Assembly (NCBI GenBank): GCA_044440125.1
Contig: JBITAJ010000004.1
Coordinates: forward strand, 32,001 to 96,000
DNA length: 64,000 bases
From: Sedimentisphaeraceae bacterium JB056
Lineage (GTDB): Bacteria; Planctomycetota; Phycisphaerae; Sedimentisphaerales; Sedimentisphaeraceae
Direction: 5' to 3'
Both the position numbers and the translations under genes were made by a program. A model generated the notes under the pieces. That model saw nothing but the letters and a program-made list of their open reading frames with translations. It was not told the origin of the DNA and did not search any database. This document shows positions 39,751-49,578 of this stretch, one piece after another; the stretch's first letter is position 1, and every line of letters starts with the position of its first letter.

Positions 39751-40677
39751 TTATACCAAATAAGATTTTCCAACAGATTCAACTTCGCGTGAAAGAATTT
39801 GTAATTGTTCCAACTGTTGATCAGTCAGTTCTGTAGGCCTGTACTTACAGATATGATTAAGAGGAACACCTTTAAGCTTAAGAAAACACTTGGCAACTGC
39901 AGGATAAACATTACTTATCTTCAATATGTTTTCTTCCGTATTTGAAAGAAGATTTTGTAAGTTCATAGAAAATTCAGCACCTTCGCCATGCCTCTTACAT
40001 AATGCTGCACAAAGATCAGGATAAAAATTAGACATAATGCCGCTGTAACCATTTCCTCCATAATTTAATGAATCAAGTAGAGTATCTATATGAGCATTAA
40101 AAAATTTCAAATTTGAGCCATTAGACATTCGAATTTTCTCTTTAATTTTGTTCGTATCGCAACTTGTATCTTTATGAAAAACAAACCTCCCTGTCTTTGC
40201 TACCCATTCATATAATTCAATATCTAACAATCTATGATATGGTAAAGGACATTCGTATATCCCTAATGCAAAATCACCTGTCAATTCCATCAACTTCTCA
40301 GCCCGACTCTTCCATACAGAATCTTCCTCTGATTCATCTGCAAGCTGATTTACTGCGATAACAGCAACATCAACCCCGATATCCAGAATCTTTTTTATAA
40401 ACTCAGCCTGACTCTCAATTTTATCGTGCATTATCGCCCCAGAAAGTACAGGTTTTCTTTCATTAACTTTCTTTGCCGCAAAAGATGCAATTTCCAACAT
40501 ATCCTGTGAGCTCAAATATTGTATCTCACTTGATGCACAATTAATAAATAACCCATCGGCACCGGAATCAAGATAAAAATCTATTAGATGTGACATTCCA
40601 TCCCAATCAATAGAATGATCATTATTAAACGGTGTTAAAGTCACAGGATATAAGCCGTCGTTAATAAGCTGCTTCAT
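39751..40677 (-). CDS. DHDPS/N-acetylneuraminate lyase family protein, paralog of 36424-37368
   Basis: PVTLTPF, GLFINCASSE, GIYECPLPYHRLL, FVFHKDTSC. Confidence 0.88.
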   Translation of the reverse strand: MKQLINDGLYPVTLTPFNNDHSIDWDGMSHLIDFYLDSGADGLFINCASSEIQYLSSQDMLEIASFAAKKVNERKPVLSGAIMHDKIESQAEFIKKILDIGVDVAVIAVNQLADESEEDSVWKSRAEKLMELTGDFALGIYECPLPYHRLLDIELYEWVAKTGRFVFHKDTSCDTNKIKEKIRMSNGSNLKFFNAHIDTLLDSLNYGGNGYSGIMSNFYPDLCAALCKRHGEGAEFSMNLQNLLSNTEENILKISNVYPAVAKCFLKLKGVPLNHICKYRPTELTDQQLEQLQILSREVESVGKSYLV

Positions 40678-40729
40678 AATTTTCTCATTAAAAATTCGTT
40701 CTTAGTTCAGTAAATTCTCAAAACAATTT

Positions 40730-43315
40730 TCAGTAACCACACGAACATATTCCATATGCATAATTTTCAAGTCTGTGAAAAGTTATCCGATTGGCATTGT
40801 GATAACTGTCTGCACCATCATAAGCGGTTCTGGACAAATATATAATATCTTCTCCATCAAATTCCCAATCAACATACTGAAATCCTGAATAATCAATAGA
40901 ATCGTCCCAAGACATAATCGAATTGTCTTGTATCAATGTTAACACATATCTCCAGTTTTTAAGATCTGCAGAAGCAATCAACGAAAGAGTGTTCCTCTGC
41001 TGAGGCTCATTCAGATCAGTATTATTATTCACAATTGCAAGACTCAAACCTGTAATAGAATCATGTTTAACCGCAAACTTATGCATACCTCCAAGCATGT
41101 CAATAAAACCGCTATCAGGCCCATCTACATCCCATAACAAGGTTCGACCATCACTACTTAAACTTAACAAAGCTGCTTTTTCAGTTGTAGGATACGAATT
41201 AAACCGCTCCAGCAACCAGATTTGTCCATCTGCGTCTACGGTCACACTGCCTTCCAACCAGACAGGTAATGTCGCTCCCCATTCTACAGGAGTATTGCTA
41301 ACATCATATTCCACCTTATTACTCATAACCCAGCTATTTGAACTTAAAAGATCATCGTCTAAACTTGCAGATATAACCAAAGCCTTGAATTTACTGTCAA
41401 GAGTTGTATCTTGATCTTCAAAAGAACGATATACTCTGCCATTATGGATCAATACAGGTACTGAGCCAGTGGTGTAATTTGGTGGAGTTGTGCCAGTCCC
41501 ACAGGAAAATAAAATACCGTTATCGGTACTTGTCCATGTGGCACCTTCATCAGAACTCTTCGAAATCGCTATATCTCCGCCAGGTGAATATACACCAAGT
41601 AAATAAACATCATCGTTATACTCAAACATGCTAGCCCAGTACATATGACTTATTTCAACTGGACTGCTCCATGTCAATCCGCCATCTGTAGAAGAACTTA
41701 CCGCCGTTTTCCATACACTAACTCCATCACCAAAGAAATCATGACTTGCCAATAAATGTCCATTATCAAGAAGAACCAAACTAGGTGAACCATAATAGAC
41801 ATCACTTGTCTGACTTTCTGCAAAAGCTTCAGATATCCATAGACTCTCAGGTTCATCAGGAACCGCAACATTATAGTTCCCCTGTATCTCCTGCAAACAC
41901 AAAGCTCTTCCATAAACCGCAACTTCATCTATCCAACCCCTGAAGAAACTAGTGCTTGCACAATCACGACCTATTTGATCTGTCTGAGAGATAACTGTCC
42001 CGGAACTATAGAGTTCACTGCTAAAACTTACATTTTCAGTACAAACCAGAGAACCATTGACATAAACACGAATCTGATCATTTATAAAATCACTCACACA
42101 AGCTAAATGAACCCACTGATCAAGAGTATTAAAGGACGTATAACAAACCTGATATGAATCTGAAACAGAACTTCTTGCACCAACTTTGATTTTAGTAGCT
42201 CCTGCATAATAGGAAACAAAAATCTCAATACCGGCCTGGGCATCATTAATGCGAGAACAAAAAACAGGCCTGAAAAGAGAATTTGAATCCGGCATATCTG
42301 CACATCGTACCCATCCCTGAACAGTAATACCATTAGAACCATCGAGTAAATTTCTCATTCCAGTTCCCAAATCAACACCGCTGGCATTACCATTAAACCA
42401 AGCTGCCTTTTCATCAATCCCCGCATTTACAATGGAAACATCACCATCATAATACGAAGTCAGTATATTTTTTATACTATCTCTTGCAATAGCGTCATCA
42501 ATACTTTTAGAATCATCAAATTTCCATAAAGCCAGAGGACTATTAATTAGCTGCTCATCTGCAAGGACAGTATCACTTATCCTAACCTCATCAATTATCC
42601 CATCAAAAAAAGAGGAATAGCTTGTTGAAGGAGCCTTAGCTCCAATGGTAAACATAGGATGTTCAAGTAAATCGCTTATTGGATCAGCAGAAAAAACTGT
42701 ACTATCAGAACTTCCGTTAACTCTTACAACGGCTTCTTCAGTTAAAGAATCGTAAGAATATGCAAGGTGATAAACTACACCTGTACTCAACGGCACACTC
42801 GAAGTAACTGTAAGCCATGAACCATCTGATGCTCTTGATACACCTTCTGCATAAGTATAACTATTTTCAGTCCTTAGCCTTATAGCATAATTCCAGTAAT
42901 TCGCATAAGTTCCGGATCGGTCACATAGTGATACCACATAACTGGCATAACTATAACCTTCAGCCGGCAATGCTGAAATTTTAACAAAAGCTTCCACCGT
43001 AAAATCTGAAGAGACAAGTGCCGCACTATCTGTTTCAGGAGTGTAACCATTAATGAAGGAACAGACATCACCGGGTGATACAGAACTGAATAGTAAAGCA
43101 CTATTGCCGCATATACCGGTAGTCCACTGCGGATCCATCCAGTCACTTGTACTGGTACCTCTTACAAAATTAGAACTTACGAGTCCTGTTTCATCAGTTA
43201 AAGATTGTCCACTGCCTTCATCGAACTTCCAGAATGCCAATGTATCAGCATAAGAATTGATACCACTAAACGCAACTAAAACTAAAATTATAAACGTAAT
43301 AAATCTAACAACCAT
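40730..43315 (-). CDS. Secreted 2xLamG + BNR/sialidase-like propeller protein
   Basis: Start moved to MVVRFITF (GAGG RBS); two LamG domains; Asp-boxes SSTDGGLTWS and SSDEGATWT; GSPSL, WLEG, GFQYVDW, SRTAY..HNAN.ITFHR. Confidence 0.8.
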   Translation of the reverse strand: MVVRFITFIILVLVAFSGINSYADTLAFWKFDEGSGQSLTDETGLVSSNFVRGTSTSDWMDPQWTTGICGNSALLFSSVSPGDVCSFINGYTPETDSAALVSSDFTVEAFVKISALPAEGYSYASYVVSLCDRSGTYANYWNYAIRLRTENSYTYAEGVSRASDGSWLTVTSSVPLSTGVVYHLAYSYDSLTEEAVVRVNGSSDSTVFSADPISDLLEHPMFTIGAKAPSTSYSSFFDGIIDEVRISDTVLADEQLINSPLALWKFDDSKSIDDAIARDSIKNILTSYYDGDVSIVNAGIDEKAAWFNGNASGVDLGTGMRNLLDGSNGITVQGWVRCADMPDSNSLFRPVFCSRINDAQAGIEIFVSYYAGATKIKVGARSSVSDSYQVCYTSFNTLDQWVHLACVSDFINDQIRVYVNGSLVCTENVSFSSELYSSGTVISQTDQIGRDCASTSFFRGWIDEVAVYGRALCLQEIQGNYNVAVPDEPESLWISEAFAESQTSDVYYGSPSLVLLDNGHLLASHDFFGDGVSVWKTAVSSSTDGGLTWSSPVEISHMYWASMFEYNDDVYLLGVYSPGGDIAISKSSDEGATWTSTDNGILFSCGTGTTPPNYTTGSVPVLIHNGRVYRSFEDQDTTLDSKFKALVISASLDDDLLSSNSWVMSNKVEYDVSNTPVEWGATLPVWLEGSVTVDADGQIWLLERFNSYPTTEKAALLSLSSDGRTLLWDVDGPDSGFIDMLGGMHKFAVKHDSITGLSLAIVNNNTDLNEPQQRNTLSLIASADLKNWRYVLTLIQDNSIMSWDDSIDYSGFQYVDWEFDGEDIIYLSRTAYDGADSYHNANRITFHRLENYAYGICSCGY

Positions 43316-43394
43316 AATATCCTCGATAAAAAGAAACAACACATTTATTCCTTTAAGATAGTTATGAAATTGACGTTGTTTTCGCAGAATCATA

Positions 43395-45377
43395 CTATCT
43401 CTCATTAAACCAATATATTGCAAATTCAGAAAAATCTTCAAAATCAACATTACAGTCAAAATTAAAATCCATTACAGAGTAACCTGCTCCCCCACATGCA
43501 AAAATAGATTCTGTATAATTTTGAAGTCTATGAAATGTTATACGATTGGCATCATGATAGTTAACAGCTCCATCATATGCTGTTCTTGAAAGATAAATTA
43601 TATCATCACCGTCAAACTGCCAATCTATATACTGGAAACCAACATATGCAACAGATTCATCCCACGAAACTATAGAATTATCCTGAATCAAAGTCTTTAC
43701 ATACTTCCAATTCCTGAGATCTTCAGACGCAATAAGCGATAATGTATTTCTCTGTTGAGGATAATTGCTATCAGTGTTGTTATTGACTATTGAAAGAAAT
43801 AAACCGGTTGCAGGATCATGCCTAATAGCAAATTTATGCATAGCTCCCGGCATATCAATAAAACCACCTTCAGAATCATCTACATTCCATGAAAGAGTTT
43901 TGCCGTCATTAGAAAGTTTCAGCAAAGCCGCCTTACCGGTCATTGGGTAGGAGTTAAATCGCTCCACAACCCATATATTACCATTCGCATCCGCAACAGT
44001 GCTTCCTTCAAGCCAAACCGGCAGCGTTGCCCCCCATTCTTCAGGAGTATCAGCAATATCATATATAACCTTGTTACTCATAGTCCAGTTAGCAGCGTCA
44101 AGCAAATCACTGCTTAAGTCTGCTGAAATAACTAACGCCTTAAACTTACTATCCAAAGCTTCGTCTTTATCTTCAAATGAACGATAAATCCTTCCATTAT
44201 GGAATAAAACAGATACCGAACCTGTCGTATAACATGAATCTTCTACGGGAAACAAGTAACCATTTTTACTACTGTAGGGTATAGTCCAAGTTACTCCCTC
44301 GTCAAGACTCTTGGATATAACAATACTACCGCCAGGTGAATATACACCAAGTAAATAAACAACACCACTATATTCAAACATACTGGCCCAAAACATATGA
44401 TTAACATAGACAGGACTGCTCCATGTTAATCCGCCATCAATTGAACGACTGACTGATGTTTTCCATTCAGTGACTCCATCACCAAAAAAATCGTGACTTG
44501 CCACAATATGACCGTTATCAAGACTGACCAAGCTCGGTGAGCCATAGAACACGTCACTTTCCTGACTTGCTGGAAATGCTTCTGAAACCCATAATCCTGT
44601 TGGTTCAGACGGCACTACCGCGTTGTAGTGCTCCTGTATTTCCTGCAAACTCAAAGCTTTGTCATAAACAGCAACTTCATCAATCCATCCTCGAAAATAA
44701 TTCGTAAGCCCGCAATCTCTACCAATCTGATCACTTTGGGAATAAACATTCCCAGGTTTATAAAAATCACTGTTAAAATTAACCGATGCTGTTTTAACAA
44801 GTAAACCGTTAACATAGATACGAATTTCATCATTAATCAAATCACTGATACAGACAAGATGACACCATTGGTCTATAGCTGTAAATGGAGCCAAAACAAG
44901 CTGATAACTATCAGAAACATCACTTCTTGCTCCAACCCTTATTTCTGCACTATTTCCATTAAAAGAGAGCAAGACTTCAAAACCTGCTTGTGCATCATTA
45001 ATACGAGAGCATAATAGCGGTCTGAAAGTAGAAACTTCTGTAGGTAAATCTGCTATTCTTATCCAACCTTCAACAGTTATCGCATTCGAACCGTTTAATA
45101 AACCGCGTAAAGGGATTCCTAAGTCAATGCCACCATCATGTCCATTAAACCATGCAGTCATGCCATCAACTCCGCCCTCAACGATTGATATATCGCCATC
45201 ATAAAAAGATGATGGCGATATATTATCTATACTATCTCTGGCTACAGCGTCATCAACACTCGAATTATCATTAAATCGCCACCATGTCAGCGGATTATCT
45301 GATAATACCTGAGTCTGATAAGACGCACTTACCAACGTAGTAAAAAACAGAAATGTTATTAGCCGTAACTTATTCAA
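43395..45377 (-). CDS. Secreted LamG + BNR/sialidase-like protein with dockerin-like tail
   Basis: Close paralog of the C-terminal two-thirds of 40730-43315; Asp-boxes SIDGGLTWS and SLDEGVTWT; tail MDFNFDCNVDFEDFSEFAIYW. Confidence 0.8.
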   Translation of the reverse strand: MNKLRLITFLFFTTLVSASYQTQVLSDNPLTWWRFNDNSSVDDAVARDSIDNISPSSFYDGDISIVEGGVDGMTAWFNGHDGGIDLGIPLRGLLNGSNAITVEGWIRIADLPTEVSTFRPLLCSRINDAQAGFEVLLSFNGNSAEIRVGARSDVSDSYQLVLAPFTAIDQWCHLVCISDLINDEIRIYVNGLLVKTASVNFNSDFYKPGNVYSQSDQIGRDCGLTNYFRGWIDEVAVYDKALSLQEIQEHYNAVVPSEPTGLWVSEAFPASQESDVFYGSPSLVSLDNGHIVASHDFFGDGVTEWKTSVSRSIDGGLTWSSPVYVNHMFWASMFEYSGVVYLLGVYSPGGSIVISKSLDEGVTWTIPYSSKNGYLFPVEDSCYTTGSVSVLFHNGRIYRSFEDKDEALDSKFKALVISADLSSDLLDAANWTMSNKVIYDIADTPEEWGATLPVWLEGSTVADANGNIWVVERFNSYPMTGKAALLKLSNDGKTLSWNVDDSEGGFIDMPGAMHKFAIRHDPATGLFLSIVNNNTDSNYPQQRNTLSLIASEDLRNWKYVKTLIQDNSIVSWDESVAYVGFQYIDWQFDGDDIIYLSRTAYDGAVNYHDANRITFHRLQNYTESIFACGGAGYSVMDFNFDCNVDFEDFSEFAIYWFNER

Positions 45378-45408
45378 AGATAGCCCTTTATCAAATCAGT
45401 TAAATTGT

Positions 45409-46329
45409 TTAATACTGCAGACAACTTGAATCATAAGGAATAGTACAAACCATCCACTGAGCTGCAAATTCTGCAAAATCTTCAAAATCAACAACACAAT
45501 CCTGATTAAAGTCCATCCTGTCATAACCGGCTGCACCACACTGATAAGAAAGCATTTCTTCGGTGGTTAAAACAGTATCACTGATTCTTACCTCATCTAT
45601 GACACCATCAAAAAATGCCGAATAACTTGTTGATGGAGCTCTTGCTCCAATAGTAAACATAGGATGTTCGAGAGCACTGCTTATAGGCGCCGCAGTAAAA
45701 GTTGTAGTATCAGACTGACCATCAACCCACATCTTGGCTTCATTTGTTGCTGCATCATATGTGTATGCAAGATAATAACTCACTCCTGTTTCAAGTTCAA
45801 CACTGGAAGTTATTGTAGGCCAGGAACCATCCAACGCTCTGGATACACCCTCGGCATATGTAACACCATTATCTGTTCTCAAACGTATAGCATAATTCCA
45901 ATAGCTGGCGTATGTACCGGATCGGTCACACAATGACACTACATATCGAGCCGCACTATATCCTTCTTCAGGAGCAGTTTCCATGTTTATAAAAGCCTCA
46001 ACAGTAAAACTTGAAGCTACCAACGCGAAACTTGCCAGTTCAGGATCATATCCGTTTACAAACGAACACACTTCACCGTAAGGAAATGCTGTAATAACAT
46101 TAAAATCCAATGCGTAATCACCACGTATACCATCAGTCCACTCCGGATCCATCCAATCACTTGCACTGGTTCCTCTTATAAATTCAGGAATAGTATTACT
46201 GCTCTGGTCAGAGAGAAGTTGCCCGGTTCCTTCTTCAAAACCCCAATAGCCCAATGTATCACCATTAAGCGACATATTTACCAAAAATACAACAATCAAA
46301 CAACTCAACATCATTAATTTTGTTTTCAT
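45409..46329 (-). CDS. Secreted LamG protein with dockerin-like tail
   Basis: Start MKTKLMM (GGAG RBS); FTVEAFI...FDGVIDEVRISD; MDFNQDCVVDFEDFAEFAAQWM. Confidence 0.8.
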   Translation of the reverse strand: MKTKLMMLSCLIVVFLVNMSLNGDTLGYWGFEEGTGQLLSDQSSNTIPEFIRGTSASDWMDPEWTDGIRGDYALDFNVITAFPYGEVCSFVNGYDPELASFALVASSFTVEAFINMETAPEEGYSAARYVVSLCDRSGTYASYWNYAIRLRTDNGVTYAEGVSRALDGSWPTITSSVELETGVSYYLAYTYDAATNEAKMWVDGQSDTTTFTAAPISSALEHPMFTIGARAPSTSYSAFFDGVIDEVRISDTVLTTEEMLSYQCGAAGYDRMDFNQDCVVDFEDFAEFAAQWMVCTIPYDSSCLQY

Positions 46330-46369
46330 AATTACTCCATAAAAATTAGTTAAAGGCATAAAATATTTT

Positions 46370-47989
46370 TTAGTATAAATTGCGGTCACTAAGCCAATTG
46401 CTCAAGAATTCATTAAGATCTGCTGCATCAACCACACAATCCTTATTAAAATCCATAGGCGAATAACCCCAATATCCGCAAGTATGTGAAAGCAGTTTCT
46501 CATCAGGCAAGGCAACACGACTGATTCGAACCTCATCTATAACACCATCAAAGAAAGCGGAATAACTTGTAGAAGGAGCCCTCGCACCTATAGTAAACAT
46601 AGGATGTTCAAGAGCATTGCTTATAGGAGCAGCAGTGAAAGTAACAGTATCTTCATGCCCATCGACCCATATTGATGCTTCATTAGTTGTCTCATCATAA
46701 GTATAAGCAACATAATAGTCGACTCCACTATCCAATGATACTGTTGAAGTTACAGTCGGCCAGGAACCATCCAAAGCTCTGGAAACACCCTCAACATAGG
46801 TATTCCCATTTTCTGTCCTGACTCTTATTGAATAGTTCCAGTAGCTCGCATAAGTACCTGATCGATCACATAGCGAAACAACATAACGAGTGTAACTGAA
46901 ACCCTCAGCTGGAAGAGAATTCATATTAATATAGGCTTCAACGGTAAAGCTTGAACTTACTAAATCTGCACTATCAGCCTCAGGAGTATAACCGTTTATA
47001 AACGAACATACATCTCCGTACGGAAATTCTGCAGTTGCTTCAAAGCTAAGAGCATGATCCCCTTTAATCCCAGTGGTCCATTGCGGATCCATCCAGTCAC
47101 TGGCACTTGTTCCTCTTATGAAGTCAAAACTCGCATCCCCAATCTCGTCAACAGGATACTGCCCAACACCTTCATCAAACTTCCAATAAGCAATTATATC
47201 AGGATCATTTAGCTCACTACTCTGATAAAGAAGTTCAGCCTCGGAGAGAGCAGTGTCACTGATTCTTACTTCATCTATAACACCATTCATAAATCCTTTA
47301 GGAACTTCACCCGGTGATTTCGCACCAATAGTCAGGTATGGATGCTCATATACATTATATGGATCCATAGTAAGAGTTTGTGAGGTTGCACGACTGTTTA
47401 CCCTGATAGTCGCCTCTTTCGTAGCTTGGTTATAAGAAAAAGCAACATAATACGTAGTATTTGCTCTGATAGGAACCACAGATGTTATCGTAGGATACTG
47501 GCCGCCGACATTGGTAAAATACCCTTCTGCATAAGTAACGCCACTATCTGTTCTCAATCTGATCGCATAATTTGCCCAGCCGGCACAATAACCGTCAGCA
47601 TTTTCGGCACGGTTAAACAGTGATACTACATGATAGCCTGCATCGTAGCCTTCTTCCGGCAATACAGATACATTGAAGTATGCCTCTACGGTAAAACTTG
47701 TAGCAAGAAAATCAGAACTCAGAACTTCAGGATCATCAATATCTGCGAAACTGCACCATTGCCCTTCACTGTACTCTATTGCGCTATCACCTATAAGACC
47801 CTGCGACCATGATGGATCATTTGCATCACTTATGTCTATTCCTCTGACCAAATCATAAGAATTACTGATCTCACTTGCAATTTCCTGCCCACTTCCTTCT
47901 TCAAATTTCCAGTAAGATAAAGTACCGGCCTTTAAGACTGAAATACAAAGAAGAAACATAACCATACAAACACAATTGAATTTTGACAT
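46370..47989 (-). CDS. Secreted 2xLamG protein with dockerin-like tail
   Basis: Start MSKFNC; two LamG domains; MDFNKDCVVDAADLNEFLSNWL. Confidence 0.8.
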   Translation of the reverse strand: MSKFNCVCMVMFLLCISVLKAGTLSYWKFEEGSGQEIASEISNSYDLVRGIDISDANDPSWSQGLIGDSAIEYSEGQWCSFADIDDPEVLSSDFLATSFTVEAYFNVSVLPEEGYDAGYHVVSLFNRAENADGYCAGWANYAIRLRTDSGVTYAEGYFTNVGGQYPTITSVVPIRANTTYYVAFSYNQATKEATIRVNSRATSQTLTMDPYNVYEHPYLTIGAKSPGEVPKGFMNGVIDEVRISDTALSEAELLYQSSELNDPDIIAYWKFDEGVGQYPVDEIGDASFDFIRGTSASDWMDPQWTTGIKGDHALSFEATAEFPYGDVCSFINGYTPEADSADLVSSSFTVEAYINMNSLPAEGFSYTRYVVSLCDRSGTYASYWNYSIRVRTENGNTYVEGVSRALDGSWPTVTSTVSLDSGVDYYVAYTYDETTNEASIWVDGHEDTVTFTAAPISNALEHPMFTIGARAPSTSYSAFFDGVIDEVRISRVALPDEKLLSHTCGYWGYSPMDFNKDCVVDAADLNEFLSNWLSDRNLY

Positions 47990-48123
47990 AATTGCCCCCG
48001 AATTAAATTTTAACAATTATACATTTGTTACTCTGCGCGCACATTCTCCGCAGAACATTAAAATGAATATTCTTATAGAATTTGATTATTTCAGATTAAG
48101 CAATGAACTAAAAGATTAATATA

Positions 48124-49131
48124 TTAAGATTCACCCTCTACAAGTTTGGGCTCAACCGTTATACTTATACTTCTATCCACATTAGGTGCCTGAATTCTCC
48201 AGATCAGCAACTGTACAACCTGTTGTAGCATCACCTCTGCACCTATGTCAATTGTAGCCGGACGCGGATATAATCCAACTCTAAATCTCATGTCATTATC
48301 GCATCCAAGTATTTCTACGTCTTTGCCTATTTTCACACCATACTTAAGAAGAAGTCTGTAAACTATCGCAACCTGCAGATCAATGGGTACAAACAATCCG
48401 GTAGGTTTATTCTGTGATTCTACAAATTTTCGAACCAATATTTCAAGACGAGCTTCAAGCTCTTCGGTAGAAGTCGTCTTATTTGCTCCGGATTCATCCT
48501 CATAAATATAATTCTCTATTTCAACACCGGCTTTTTTAGCAAGAATGTCAAAATAAGCACACCTGCTTACAACTGCCGGATTATCAAAATAAGCATTGAT
48601 TAATCCAATCCGTTTGTGATTACGCTCAATGAAATAATCCACAGCTAACTGACCAACATCCTTATTACCAGGCAGAACAACATCACCCTCTTTTTCATAT
48701 CTTGAATTAAGCCATACCTTAGGATAACCCTCAAGCATATCAAGAACTTTAAAATTGGGATGATGACCAGCAAGAATAAGCCCAGACACACTGCCATTCG
48801 TTATTTCAAGAGGAATTTCGTCAGTATTGGATAAATCAAACCTCAACAGTTGAATATCTCGATCTTTGAGCTCTTGTTCTATCCTGTCAAACCTTTCACT
48901 TCTTGTAGAAAACACCCGGTCAATAGGGTCACAGCTAAGAGTAATAGCCGCTACAGTCACAGAAGACTTACTTGTCTGATTTTTCTTCTGTCGAGGCTTA
49001 TAATTAATGGCTTTTGCAGCCTCTTTTACGCTCTGCACATGATCTTCGCTGACACCAGGACACCCATTTAATACACGGGACACAGTTGCCTGAGAAACGT
49101 TCGCTAATTTTGCTATTTTCATCATTGACAT
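48124..49131 (-). CDS. LacI-family transcriptional regulator
   Basis: KIAKLANVSQATVSRVLN HTH; PTGLFVPIDLQVA; resembles 35048-36067. Confidence 0.9.
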   Translation of the reverse strand: MSMMKIAKLANVSQATVSRVLNGCPGVSEDHVQSVKEAAKAINYKPRQKKNQTSKSSVTVAAITLSCDPIDRVFSTRSERFDRIEQELKDRDIQLLRFDLSNTDEIPLEITNGSVSGLILAGHHPNFKVLDMLEGYPKVWLNSRYEKEGDVVLPGNKDVGQLAVDYFIERNHKRIGLINAYFDNPAVVSRCAYFDILAKKAGVEIENYIYEDESGANKTTSTEELEARLEILVRKFVESQNKPTGLFVPIDLQVAIVYRLLLKYGVKIGKDVEILGCDNDMRFRVGLYPRPATIDIGAEVMLQQVVQLLIWRIQAPNVDRSISITVEPKLVEGES

Positions 49132-49137
49132 AACATC

Positions 49138-49184
49138 ATAATAACAAAACCAAAATCAATGTCAATATTATTATTCTGAATAAT
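49138..49184 (-). promoter_or_regulatory. Leaderless-type promoter of lacI-3 with adjacent palindrome
   Basis: Minus strand TTGACA (49165-49160), 16-bp spacer ending TGT, TATTAT (49143-49138), 6 nt, ATG. Palindrome ATTATTC-T-GAATAAT at 49170-49184. Confidence 0.65.
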
Positions 49185-49463
49185 TCATCATTATTTACAA
49201 ACAAATCACACAAAAACAGCCACATCAACCACAAAGTCTTTATTTACAGTTTTTTACAAACATAACTCCTCGTAAACTGCCTATAAAACATTTCTATAAA
49301 ACGCAATAAGCTTCTTAAGCCAATTAACAACTAAAAACAAGAACAATACACTTAAACCATTACAATTAAGAATTTTAAGTAAAAAAAACAACTAAAACGA
49401 TAAACTTTAATTGACCACAAATACAATCGACAAAAGAATAATACCTGCATAAAAACTCAATAC

Positions 49464-49530
49464 TATTCAGAAATATTCAGAAAACAACAAGATTTTATTC
49501 TTGACTTCCTAATCATGTCAATGCTATAAT
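49464..49530 (+). promoter_or_regulatory. Promoter of the prepilin/FG-GAP operon with upstream tandem TATTCAGAAA
   Basis: TTGACT (49501-49506), 18-bp spacer ending TGC, TATAAT (49525-49530). TATTCAGAAA twice at 49464-49483. Confidence 0.6.
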
Positions 49531-49578
49531 CAGTCCTACGTTACTTAAGGTTTTACTCAATTTGTGATTGGAAGAAAA

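Noticed and set aside
25385..47989. CRISPR array or DGR-type template/variable repeats among the repeated DNA
   Set aside because: The repeats are in-frame duplicated protein domains. There is no repeat-spacer periodicity, no cas gene and no reverse transcriptase in the window.
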